NCBI GenBank assembly: GCA_013152815.1
Contig: JAADFO010000051.1
Span: 1-35,010 of the forward strand
DNA from: Nanobdellati archaeon
Lineage (GTDB): Archaea; Nanobdellota; Nanobdellia; Woesearchaeales; JAADFO01
Direction of reading: 5' to 3'
Length of the DNA stretch: 35,010 bases
In this document: positions 27,154 to 35,010 of the stretch, in pieces
How the letters are laid out: each line of letters begins with the position of its first letter
Position numbering within the stretch: the first letter of the stretch is position 1
The notes under the pieces: model-generated
Told to the model about the DNA's origin: nothing
Databases searched by the model: none
Seen by the model: the letters and a program-made list of their open reading frames with translations, nothing else
Translations under genes and position numbers: made by a program

Positions 27154-29346
27154 TTATTTTTCCTTATTTAAATCTTTTGTGAAGCGGCATTCAGGATAGT
27201 TCGAACAGCCGATGAACTCGCCATAGATGGACTTTCTCACCAGGAGCTTCCCGTCTGCGCATTTTGGGCAGGGCTTGCCGTCCCAGGCCTCCTTGTCCTC
27301 CTCTGAAAGCTTCCGCACGCTGCCGTCGGGATGGATGGGGACAAGCTGGGGTTTCTTTCCCTTCCGTATTATCTGTATCATGGGAAAGCCTGTCTTCTCG
27401 TCCACCTTGTCGGTGGGCCGGATGAGACCGCCTGCAGGAAGCTTGAAGGTGGTCCTGCACTCAGGATAGCCGGAGCAGCCGACGAACCGGCCGAACTTCC
27501 CTTTCTTTATCTGGAGGTTGCCGCCGCAGCTGCACTTCCCCAGGGTCCTGTTCTTGTCGTCCGACGCCCTGTTGGCCGCGTAGAGCTCGGCGCCTATCTC
27601 TTTTGCCTGGGAACGGAAGGTCTTTGAGACATCGGTGATGATCTTCTTCGCCTGCCCGAGGACCTCTTCAGGCGTCTTCTCACCTTTGCGTATCCCTTCG
27701 ATATCCTCCTCGATATTCCGGGTGAGGTCCACATCCATCATCTTCGGGACGAACTTCATGAGGGTCGCGCAGGTCTGCTTCCCCAGCTCGGTCGCCTCCA
27801 GGGCCTTCCCCTGGACATAGCCCCGCTGCTGCAGGGTGTCGATGATGGATGCGCGGGTCGCCTTGGTGCCGAGATTGCGCTTCTCAAGCTCGGTGATGAG
27901 CGATGCAGGGGTGAAGCGTTTGGGCGGCAGGGTCTCCTTCGCGAGCTGGTCTATGGACAGGACAGCCACCTCCTGCCCTTCGGTCACCTTGGGGAGTTCT
28001 GCCTCCTCAAGCTTCACATAGGGCGCGTAATAGACGTGCCAGCCCGGCTCGACAGTCCTCGTCCCCTTGCTGATGAAGGGCTCTTCACCGCAGAGGATAT
28101 GGAGGGTGTTGGTCTCCCGGGTGGCAGGACTGCCGAAGACCGCCATGAAACGCTTGACGATGAGGTCGTAGATCCTGCCGGGATAGCTGTCGAGATGACG
28201 GGGGAGGACGCCTGTCGGATAGATGGAGGGATGTGCCTCGTCGGTCTTCTTGCCTTCGTTGGGCTTGAGACTGCCTGAGGAGAGCAGAAGCTCTGCCTGC
28301 TCCTTGAAATCATCATGTTTTGCGAGGGCTTCGATGATCTTCTGGAAACCGATCTTCGCCGGAAGCTTCTGGGAAGAGGTCCTGGGATAGGAGATGAACT
28401 GCTGGGTGTAGAGTTCCTGGGCCGTCGCGAGGGTGTCCTTGGGAGAGATGCCGAAGAGCCGGTATGCCTCCACCTGCAGAGAGGTCAGGTCGAAAGGGAA
28501 CGGAGGATTCTGCTTGAACCGGCGCTTCTCGACCTTGTCGATCCTGGCCTGCTTGCCTTCGGTGGCTTTGATGACCCGGTCGGCCTCTTTCTTGTCCCAG
28601 AACTTGTCCTTTGCATGCCAGGCGTCCAGTTCGGCCTTCTTCCCATTGCTCACGATGGTCCCCTTGAGCTCCACCTGCCAGTAGGGGACAGGAGTGAAGG
28701 CATCGATCTCAAGCTCCTTGTCGACGACGAGCTTGAGCGCGGGTCCCTGGACCCGTCCTGTGCTGAGGATCTTGAACCGGCCGATGGACTTCACCGACTG
28801 GGTCAGGGCACGGCTCGTGTTGATGCCGTAGTACCAGTCCAGCTCATGGCGGGTAAGGCCTGCATGTGCCTGTCCCCACATCAGGGTCTTCTCCTTATGC
28901 TCATAGGCCTCGACCAGGTCAGGCTTGGTCAGGGTGGAGAACTTCATGCGGTGCGCGTCCTTCCTCTTGAGCGCGTGGACGACGATGTTGGCACCGATGA
29001 CCTCTCCTTCGATGTCATAGTCGGTCGCCACTGTCACCTCGTCGGCGTCCTTGGCGAGTTTCTTGATGGCATCCAGGTAGCGCTTGGAGAACCGGGATGT
29101 CTTGCTTATCTCCGAGGTGGGCTTCCATTCCACGTCAAAGACCGGGAACTCGAAGGACTTGCCCGACTTCTGGGCAAGAGAATACAGATGGCCCACGGCA
29201 CAGGCCACCACGATGTCTCTCTTTCCATGGGTGACCTTGTAGTAGGGGACCTTGTTCAGGGATTCTTTTATGGGCATACCGTCGGCCAGGGCATCTGCTA
29301 TGCGCTTGGAAGCGGCAGGCTTCTCGGTGATGATGAGTTCATACAT
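27154..29346 (-). CDS. topA: DNA topoisomerase I (type IA, archaeal)
   Basis: IITEKP, ATDYDIEGE, STGRVQ, ISYPRT (catalytic Tyr), EAHPSIYPT, GTKATR, C-terminal Zn ribbons. Confidence 0.97.
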   Translation of the reverse strand: MYELIITEKPAASKRIADALADGMPIKESLNKVPYYKVTHGKRDIVVACAVGHLYSLAQKSGKSFEFPVFDVEWKPTSEISKTSRFSKRYLDAIKKLAKDADEVTVATDYDIEGEVIGANIVVHALKRKDAHRMKFSTLTKPDLVEAYEHKEKTLMWGQAHAGLTRHELDWYYGINTSRALTQSVKSIGRFKILSTGRVQGPALKLVVDKELEIDAFTPVPYWQVELKGTIVSNGKKAELDAWHAKDKFWDKKEADRVIKATEGKQARIDKVEKRRFKQNPPFPFDLTSLQVEAYRLFGISPKDTLATAQELYTQQFISYPRTSSQKLPAKIGFQKIIEALAKHDDFKEQAELLLSSGSLKPNEGKKTDEAHPSIYPTGVLPRHLDSYPGRIYDLIVKRFMAVFGSPATRETNTLHILCGEEPFISKGTRTVEPGWHVYYAPYVKLEEAELPKVTEGQEVAVLSIDQLAKETLPPKRFTPASLITELEKRNLGTKATRASIIDTLQQRGYVQGKALEATELGKQTCATLMKFVPKMMDVDLTRNIEEDIEGIRKGEKTPEEVLGQAKKIITDVSKTFRSQAKEIGAELYAANRASDDKNRTLGKCSCGGNLQIKKGKFGRFVGCSGYPECRTTFKLPAGGLIRPTDKVDEKTGFPMIQIIRKGKKPQLVPIHPDGSVRKLSEEDKEAWDGKPCPKCADGKLLVRKSIYGEFIGCSNYPECRFTKDLNKEK

Positions 29347-29403
29347 GCATGCTGAAGAATCAGTGGCCTTTATAAAAAGGTTTTGGAACGAAGGAACGAG
29401 GGC

Positions 29404-30762
29404 CTATCGTCTCAGCGCCCACCATGAGGTCTTCCTCCTGAAGAGCCGGTCCTCCCAGAAAGCCTCACGCAATTCATCCTTCGTGAAGTAGAGCGTTATG
29501 AGGAAGAGCAGCAGGGTCGAGACAAGTATGTCGATGACGACGACGAGAGAGGAAGAGTGGAAAATGGAGATGAGCAGGATGACCAGGAGTGTCGTGCCGA
29601 CCATGTAGGGCAGGGAGCGGAAGTCCTTCATGGCCAGATGATAGGATAGCATGATGTTGGTGACCGCGAGGAGCGCCATGGAGATGCTGTAGAGCCCGAG
29701 GAACGAACCGAGCTGGTAGATCGGACCATAGAGCACATGGGACACGAAATTAGGGATGAGGAGGAAGAGGATGGCCAGCGGGACAGAGCTCAGGAGGACA
29801 TACTTGATGCTGGAACGGAACAGGGCGATGGGGTTCTTGCCGTTGGCATGGAGCTCTGCGACCTTGGGGAAGAAGACCGTGACGATGCCCAGGGAGATGA
29901 AGAAGACCGACTTGGCGATGACCGATGCGGCGGCATAGAATCCCACCTGGGCTTCGGGGTTGGCCATCATGACCGCAGGAAGCCGGGGGAAGAGGTACTT
30001 GACCATGAACACATCAACATTGACCATGAGGCCCAGAGAGAAAGAGAAGATGATGGACTTGATGATGTAGTCTTTTATGTGGAGCCCTCCCAGGTCGACC
30101 TTCTGGGCATTGAGATAGGGCCGGATGGTGCGCTCTGAGAGGAAGAAGACGATGAGGGCCGAGAGGAAGATGCTCAGCAACGCTCCCTCGACACCGAGGC
30201 CGAGACGCTTGAAGAAGAGCAGCTCGAGCAGGATGACGGCCATGATGAGGGTGAAGAGCGAATCGAGCACCTTGTACCAGCCCAGGACCTTGAACTTCTG
30301 AAGGCCGTTGATGATGCTCATGTTGTTCATGAACAGGGAGAATGCCCAGATGGTGAGCCCGGCCAGGATAACATCCCAGAACCCGAGACCCAGGAACAGG
30401 GAGAGAGGATAGGAGAAGACGGCGATGAGCAGGAAGAGTATGCCGCCGACGGTGAACCATCTCCTCTTGGAGGCGACGATGAGGGCCGCTATCTTGCCCT
30501 GCTGGCTCTTCGCCTGGAAATAGGATATGTAGCGTATGATGATGACGCCGACGACCGTCGTTATGAAATAGAAGCTGAAGAAGAGGGCCATGAGCGACCC
30601 GAACTCTCCGTACTGCTCTGGCCCGAGCCGCCTTCCCAGATAGAAGAAGAACACCGAACTGAAGAGGTTTGCGACCAGCGTCATGACAAAGATGATGAGG
30701 ACATTTCCCAACATCCGGTGGTTCTTGTTGAGCCGCCACTTCACATAGTCGATCGGTCGCAT
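29404..30762 (-). CDS. Oligosaccharide flippase (Wzx/RfbX-like, MOP superfamily)
   Basis: About 12-14 TM; RRLGPEQYGEF, NVDVFMVK, VGFYAAAS, FFPKVA. Confidence 0.88.
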   Translation of the reverse strand: MRPIDYVKWRLNKNHRMLGNVLIIFVMTLVANLFSSVFFFYLGRRLGPEQYGEFGSLMALFFSFYFITTVVGVIIIRYISYFQAKSQQGKIAALIVASKRRWFTVGGILFLLIAVFSYPLSLFLGLGFWDVILAGLTIWAFSLFMNNMSIINGLQKFKVLGWYKVLDSLFTLIMAVILLELLFFKRLGLGVEGALLSIFLSALIVFFLSERTIRPYLNAQKVDLGGLHIKDYIIKSIIFSFSLGLMVNVDVFMVKYLFPRLPAVMMANPEAQVGFYAAASVIAKSVFFISLGIVTVFFPKVAELHANGKNPIALFRSSIKYVLLSSVPLAILFLLIPNFVSHVLYGPIYQLGSFLGLYSISMALLAVTNIMLSYHLAMKDFRSLPYMVGTTLLVILLISIFHSSSLVVVIDILVSTLLLFLITLYFTKDELREAFWEDRLFRRKTSWWALRR

Positions 30763-30860
30763 GGGACCGCCAGGGTCAGGAGGAGCTTATAAAGGTTATG
30801 CATGGGCAAACCCGCACGGGCAAAGCATGCAGGGGCAAAAGAAGAGGAAGAAAAAGGGGG

Positions 30861-31328
30861 TCAGGAGCCGATGAGATGCTCATGGACCACAAGATCGTCG
30901 GACAGGTACGTCTCCCGCTTGATATCGTCAAGCACGAAGAAGACCTCTTTCTTCCTGAGCTTGAACTCCTGTTCGATCTTTTCGAGGAACCCGTCCAGCT
31001 CCCGCATGTTGGCGAAGACCATCTCGACCAGGAAGTCATAGCCGTTGTTGATCCTGCGGAGGTTGTTGACAGCAGGATTCTTCTTGAGCCGCTGGAGAAG
31101 CGCCGCCTTCTGCTCTGGATGCACCTTGAGGACCATCAGGGCAGAGTACAGCCCCATACGCTCGAAGGCGAGCAGGACGGTGAATTTCCTGATGAGCCGG
31201 CCGTCCAGCTGGCGTATCTTGTCAAAGATGGTAGATATGGGTATGTGGGTGTTCCGGCTCATGGTGGTGAGCTTGGACCTTGCGTTGGCTCTCAGTCGCT
31301 GCAATATCTTATATTCCGCTGGGTTCAT
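30861..31328 (-). CDS. Lrp/AsnC family regulator
   Basis: KILQRLRANAR HTH, IRKFTVLL, C-terminal RAM-like domain; GGAGG SD before ATG 31328. Confidence 0.9.
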   Translation of the reverse strand: MNPAEYKILQRLRANARSKLTTMSRNTHIPISTIFDKIRQLDGRLIRKFTVLLAFERMGLYSALMVLKVHPEQKAALLQRLKKNPAVNNLRRINNGYDFLVEMVFANMRELDGFLEKIEQEFKLRKKEVFFVLDDIKRETYLSDDLVVHEHLIGS

Positions 31329-31559
31329 GGTCGTTCCTCCGAACATCTGTTCATGGCAGGGCCTTCCGGAAACATTACGTCATCTCTGGAAGCAATTTCC
31401 CTGCACCCTCCTCGCTATCTGAGGATAGAAGATCACCGGTTTTTTCACCAAGCATAAGAACGGCGGGAAGGATATAAGCCTTTCGTTTGTTCCGTATATT
31501 GCCTGTTGTTTGGAAAATAAACGAAATATTTATAAAAAACCGAACATTTGTTCTGGAAC

Positions 31560-32030
31560 ATGGATGACACTGACAGGAAGATCGTCAAGGCGCTGCAGGA
31601 AGATTCCTCCGGTTCCATGAGACAGATATCCCGCATCACCGGAGTGGCGCTGACGACGGTCCATTCCCGGCTCAGGGCTCTGAAAGAGAAGGGAGTGATA
31701 CGGAGATATACCCTGGACATAGACCATGACAAGCTCGGCTACCATGTCCTGGCCATCGTGAACGTGACCATCGGCTATGACTTCGTGAGGAAGACCGGCA
31801 CGACACAGAATGAGCTGGTGCAGCTGTTCATGCAGGAGGACGAGGTGGAAGAGGCATTCTCGGTGACCGGAGAGACCGACATCATCCTCAAGGTCAGGGC
31901 AAGGGGCATCGATGACCTCAACAACTACCTGATAGGCCAGGTAAGGAAGCTGCCCGGCGTGACCAAGACCGTCACCCAGGTGGTGCTGTATGAGGGGAGG
32001 AAACAATCGATAAACAAGCCTTCTGCATAG
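31560..32030 (+). CDS. Lrp/AsnC family regulator
   Basis: MDDTDRKIVKALQED…RLRALKEKGVIRRY…DKLGY…VTGETD; TATA CGAAATATTTATAAA about 25 bp upstream. Confidence 0.93.
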   Translation: MDDTDRKIVKALQEDSSGSMRQISRITGVALTTVHSRLRALKEKGVIRRYTLDIDHDKLGYHVLAIVNVTIGYDFVRKTGTTQNELVQLFMQEDEVEEAFSVTGETDIILKVRARGIDDLNNYLIGQVRKLPGVTKTVTQVVLYEGRKQSINKPSA

Positions 32031-32126
32031 CCGGCATCACAGAGATAACAGGAACCAGAAGCACAAGAATTGCTAGTTATTTCTTCTTATGACCAAATTT
32101 CTTGGCATACCTTTTATGACCAATCA

Positions 32127-32382
32127 AATCAGAAATCTCGCCGCTCGGAGCTATCCCCTGCCTAAAGGCCAGGGGTATGAACGCTCCTCGCATCAATAGG
32201 CGAGATTTCTGGTGTTACATTGGGTTTGCGCGCTGAAGCACGGGGTATCAAACCCAACATAACAATCAGAAATTCCGCCGCTCGGAGCTAGGTTAAGACC
32301 AAAGGTTTGCGTGCCAGAAACGCACAAGCAGTTCCGGGCATCCCCGACCTAAAGTGCGGGGTATGAAACCCAACGCAACAAT
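32127..32382. repeat. Cluster of hairpin repeats resembling IS200/IS605 ends or REPs (3 copies) plus a 27-bp direct repeat
   Basis: CCCCTGCCTAAAGGCCAGGGGTATGAA, GCGCGCTGAAGCACGGGGTATCAAACCC, TCCCCGACCTAAAGTGCGGGGTATGAAACCC; AATCAGAAAT..CGCCGCTCGGAGCTA at 32127 and 32264. Confidence 0.8.
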
Positions 32383-32413
32383 AAGTAAAAAAACATTTCT
32401 TCTTTTTTAGGAA

Positions 32414-32743
32414 TTAATATTTAAATCTTCTCTCATAATCTTTATGGCTCATCCATTCTAAAATAATTGATAAAATTTTAATCTCTCCATTTGCCACAGA
32501 ATAGATCAATCTCCAACCTTTCGGCAAATCATATTTCCAAAGATTATCAATTCCATATTTCTCAATGTAAACTTTCGGGATTAATCTTTTTTGTATCCTG
32601 ATCCCGCTAAAACCATTTTCTTCCAAATCCTCAAAAGCCCGACAAATCCATTTATACAATTTTTTGTCTTCGGTTTTAGAATCTTTTAACTCTTCAAAAT
32701 TCTTCTGAACTTTTTCATCTGCAAACTTTATTTCTGATTTCAG
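32414..32743 (-). CDS. RelE/ParE-like putative toxin (109 aa if it starts at CTG)
   Basis: NLWKYDLPKGWRLIYSV…HKDYERRF; frame open upstream of the track start to a CTG overlapping the partner's TGA. Confidence 0.75.
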   Translation of the reverse strand: MKSEIKFADEKVQKNFEELKDSKTEDKKLYKWICRAFEDLEENGFSGIRIQKRLIPKVYIEKYGIDNLWKYDLPKGWRLIYSVANGEIKILSIILEWMSHKDYERRFKY

Positions 32744-33024
32744 TTTCTCCAGCTCAGATTAGGTTTAGATAAATACTTTTTTACTAACTCCGGATTCCAA
32801 ATCCAAACAATCCACCCTTCTTTATCTCGAGCTATTTTTCCAGATTCTAAAAGGTAGTCAAAAATAACACAAAAAGTTTGATAAATCATTTTTTTGGGCA
32901 GAGCTTCCCAAAGAGCTTTTTTCTTGTATTCTCCCGAGTTTTCTCTAATAAAATCCTCCATCCTCAGAATAGTATCTAATTGGGGATAATGTAAAATATT
33001 TTTTTCTAACATCGCTTGCGGCAT
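32740..33024 (-). CDS. Small wHTH-like protein, putative antitoxin/regulator
   Basis: HYPQLDTIL…LWEALPKKMIYQTF…DYLLESGKI; overlaps the toxin start; own TATA and operator. Confidence 0.75.
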   Translation of the reverse strand: MPQAMLEKNILHYPQLDTILRMEDFIRENSGEYKKKALWEALPKKMIYQTFCVIFDYLLESGKIARDKEGWIVWIWNPELVKKYLSKPNLSWRN

Positions 33025-33025
33025 G

Positions 33026-33060
33026 GTTATACATACTTGTATAACTATATAAAACTTTCG
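33026..33060 (-). promoter_or_regulatory. BRE/TATA plus palindromic operator of the TA-like cassette
   Basis: Minus strand CGAAAGTTTTATATA; perfect inverted repeat GTTATACA-TACT-TGTATAAC (33026-33045) between TATA and ATG. Confidence 0.75.
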
Positions 33061-33087
33061 TTTTTGAGTTTTTGGAAAATGACCTCC

Positions 33088-33118
33088 TCCCCGACCTAAA
33101 GTGCGGGGTATGAAACCC
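33088..33118. repeat. Fourth hairpin repeat, identical over 31 bp to 32341-32371
   Basis: TCCCCGACCTAAAGTGCGGGGTATGAAACCC. Confidence 0.9.
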
Positions 33119-33135
33119 CAGCACGAATCAGAATA

Positions 33136-34353
33136 TCAAACAGCTTCCAGCTCCAATAACGCGGAAACATTCAAATGACTGGTAAACAAGACATTCGTAC
33201 CCTCCAAACTATACTCGCCATCGATATTCTCATTGAAAACAATCACCTGTTCCGGCCTAAACAGCTCTATGAACTTTCTCATGGACTTTGTCGGTTTCGA
33301 ATTAAGGAGCTTTGATTTCACTTCAATACCCGTTATCTTCTCACCAGCCACGACGACAAAATCCATCTCATAGCGATTATTAAGGTTCCAGAACCTCAAC
33401 TCTCTGCCACCTCGCTTCAGTTCATTCCCGATAAAACTTTCGTACACCTCGCCCTTATCTGACCTCAGATACAATGGGTTGAAATTCTTTGTGATGCTGT
33501 TCTTCATGCCCAAATCCTGAAAGATCGCCTTGGAAGACCTGATGACCTCCTTGCGCTTATTCTTAAGAAAAGGCCGAACCAACGCCAACACATAGGTCTT
33601 CTCAAGAACATTGAGTATCTCATTGACCTTATTCCGGTTTATATCTGTGTTTAACGAAATGTTCGTCTTTTTCAAGATCTTCGCATCCTGCAAAGCAACC
33701 AATTGCATGACCTGCTCAAACGCAAAACTATTCTTGTACATGAGAACATCCCGTATCTCTTTATACAGGTACGTCTGAACAAGCTGCTTCAGGTCAGCCT
33801 GCTTATCCTCAGAGGTGATAATCGCAGGATAACCACCATATAAAAGATATTCCTCAAACAGGTCATGCAGCTGCGCCAAATCAGCCAGCTTTCTTACTTT
33901 CCTCAAAAGCACCGCCTTACTCTTGCTCTTATACGCAATAAATTCTTTGAAAGAAACAGGATACATCTCGATAATGTTGACACGCCCGACCAGAAACTGC
34001 AATGAACGTATGGTCAGCTCAGGATGAGAAGAACCCGTGATGAACAACTTGGTCTTCTGGGTGTCATAAATATATTTCAACTGCTTGCCACCCTCACGAG
34101 CATACTGGAATTCATCGATGAACAGAACCTTATTGGGTACAACATATTGCTCAACGAAGAGCTTAATGTTCATGTTGAAGAGGTTAAGTATCTCAGTGTC
34201 CTCAAAAGTGATGAACTGCGCATCTGCTGTCATCTCATACAGTTGCTTGAGAATGGTAGTCTTGCCGACCTGCCTCGAACCAACAAGAGCAGTTATTTTC
34301 TTTGCATACCGTTCCTTTTCAAGACGCGTAAATAAATCCCGTTTTATCAGCAT
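33136..34353 (-). CDS. AAA_14 ATPase with C-terminal DUF4143/PD-(D/E)xK-like domain
   Basis: GSRQVGKT Walker A, LFIDEFQ Walker B, TGSS, LVGR, YGGYP, EMDFV…IEVK; start ATG 34353 about 25 bp behind AAAAGCTTATAAATA. Confidence 0.9.
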   Translation of the reverse strand: MLIKRDLFTRLEKERYAKKITALVGSRQVGKTTILKQLYEMTADAQFITFEDTEILNLFNMNIKLFVEQYVVPNKVLFIDEFQYAREGGKQLKYIYDTQKTKLFITGSSHPELTIRSLQFLVGRVNIIEMYPVSFKEFIAYKSKSKAVLLRKVRKLADLAQLHDLFEEYLLYGGYPAIITSEDKQADLKQLVQTYLYKEIRDVLMYKNSFAFEQVMQLVALQDAKILKKTNISLNTDINRNKVNEILNVLEKTYVLALVRPFLKNKRKEVIRSSKAIFQDLGMKNSITKNFNPLYLRSDKGEVYESFIGNELKRGGRELRFWNLNNRYEMDFVVVAGEKITGIEVKSKLLNSKPTKSMRKFIELFRPEQVIVFNENIDGEYSLEGTNVLFTSHLNVSALLELEAV

Positions 34354-34539
34354 AATAGGCAAGATAATGTTATTATTTATAAGCTTTTTGTGAATTCCCG
34401 AGGAATCTGCACAGATACTGTGCAGAATCCTGAAGATTTTGTACATTATTCTTATGAGAAAACACGCAGGAGCAGATTAACCCCCATCTAGTGGTTACAG
34501 CCGAAAAGCATATAAATCAACAGTGCAACAAGAAAGAAC

Positions 34540-35010
34540 ATGCAGAACATGCTCACACCAGCACAACAAGCACAATACCAGAAAACATTCTACACACTCG
34601 CTAAATACATGACCGCACAACAACAGCTCACACAACAAAGAAGATTCCTACAGGACTGGGTACAAAACACAAACAAAACCATCGCCCACAACCAACAAAA
34701 ACAAGAAAACATAGAAAACATACTAACAAGATCAGACAGAATAGGCCAAGAGAGACTGACAAAAGAACAAGCACAAACAATAATCGAATCACCCGCATTC
34801 AAAGACTACACTTCATTTGCAAACGAAATAACCACACTAGAAAAAGAAAAAGAAAAAATCTACCGATTACAGGCAAAGAAAGGCGAGCACGACAGCTACG
34901 AACGACTCATCAACAAAATAGAAGACAAGATCAACACAATCTCAACACACAGAAACGCAGCAGAAGAAAAACTAGACCAACAACTCCTCCAATACACCAC
35001 CCCCAAAAAA
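34540..35010 (+). CDS. Hypothetical Gln/Thr/Lys-rich helical protein, truncated at the window end
   Basis: Frame MQNMLTPAQQAQYQKTF… open to the end; promoter CGAAAAGCATATAAAT at 34502-34517. Confidence 0.7.
   Translation, partial: MQNMLTPAQQAQYQKTFYTLAKYMTAQQQLTQQRRFLQDWVQNTNKTIAHNQQKQENIENILTRSDRIGQERLTKEQAQTIIESPAFKDYTSFANEITTLEKEKEKIYRLQAKKGEHDSYERLINKIEDKINTISTHRNAAEEKLDQQLLQYTTPKK

Noticed and set aside
511..30739. Many long antisense or alternate-frame ORFs (e.g. 511-1587, 16346-17245, 24365-25294, 26127-27182, 28315-29355)
   Set aside because: Shadows of well-supported genes caused by GC-rich third codon positions
32049..32059. CAGGAACCAGA shared with 8294-8304, both near mobile-like elements
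   Set aside because: Only 11 bp and at different distances from the elements; compatible with chance
32127..33118. CRISPR array or integron attC sites
   Set aside because: Spacing is irregular with genes between copies and no cas genes; no properly spaced RYYYAAC…GTTRRRY pair and no integrase seen

Overview
Archaeal chromosomal segment, most likely from a DPANN archaeon of the Woesearchaeota type (inferred from archaeal-type informational genes, BRE/TATA promoters, GGAGGTGA Shine-Dalgarno sites, many apparently leaderless genes and many small orphans). Housekeeping genes include a PAC2 proteasome chaperone, a METTL5-like methyltransferase, rpoL, an AMMECR1 protein, rpl1-rpl10(P0)-rpl12(P1), PIN-rpoE1-rps24e, topA, a flippase, two divergent Lrp/AsnC regulators, an S16 Lon-like protease and a PLD-LTD protein. 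Main points of interest: (1) a bacterial-type nrdAB operon whose beta subunit has the class Ic (Chlamydia-type, Mn/Fe, no radical Tyr) signature, preceded by two NrdR boxes just downstream of an archaeal TATA box; (2) a 144-bp MITE with 14-bp TIRs and a 9-bp TSD at the rpoL promoter; (3) an AT-rich terminal island where a self-contained toxin-antitoxin-like cassette is bracketed by identical 31-bp hairpin repeats, members of a 4-copy family resembling IS200/IS605 ends or REPs; (4) a candidate small RNA made of tandem anti-Shine-Dalgarno + UUCG-hairpin modules; (5) a gene-poor region (about 4.0-7.6 kb) with a wHTH gene flanked by repeated imperfect palindromes, plus a structured 5' leader. No tRNA, rRNA or CRISPR array was seen. 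A 25-N gap at 18142-18166 shifts the nrdA frame. All family calls come from motif recognition by eye; no searches were run.
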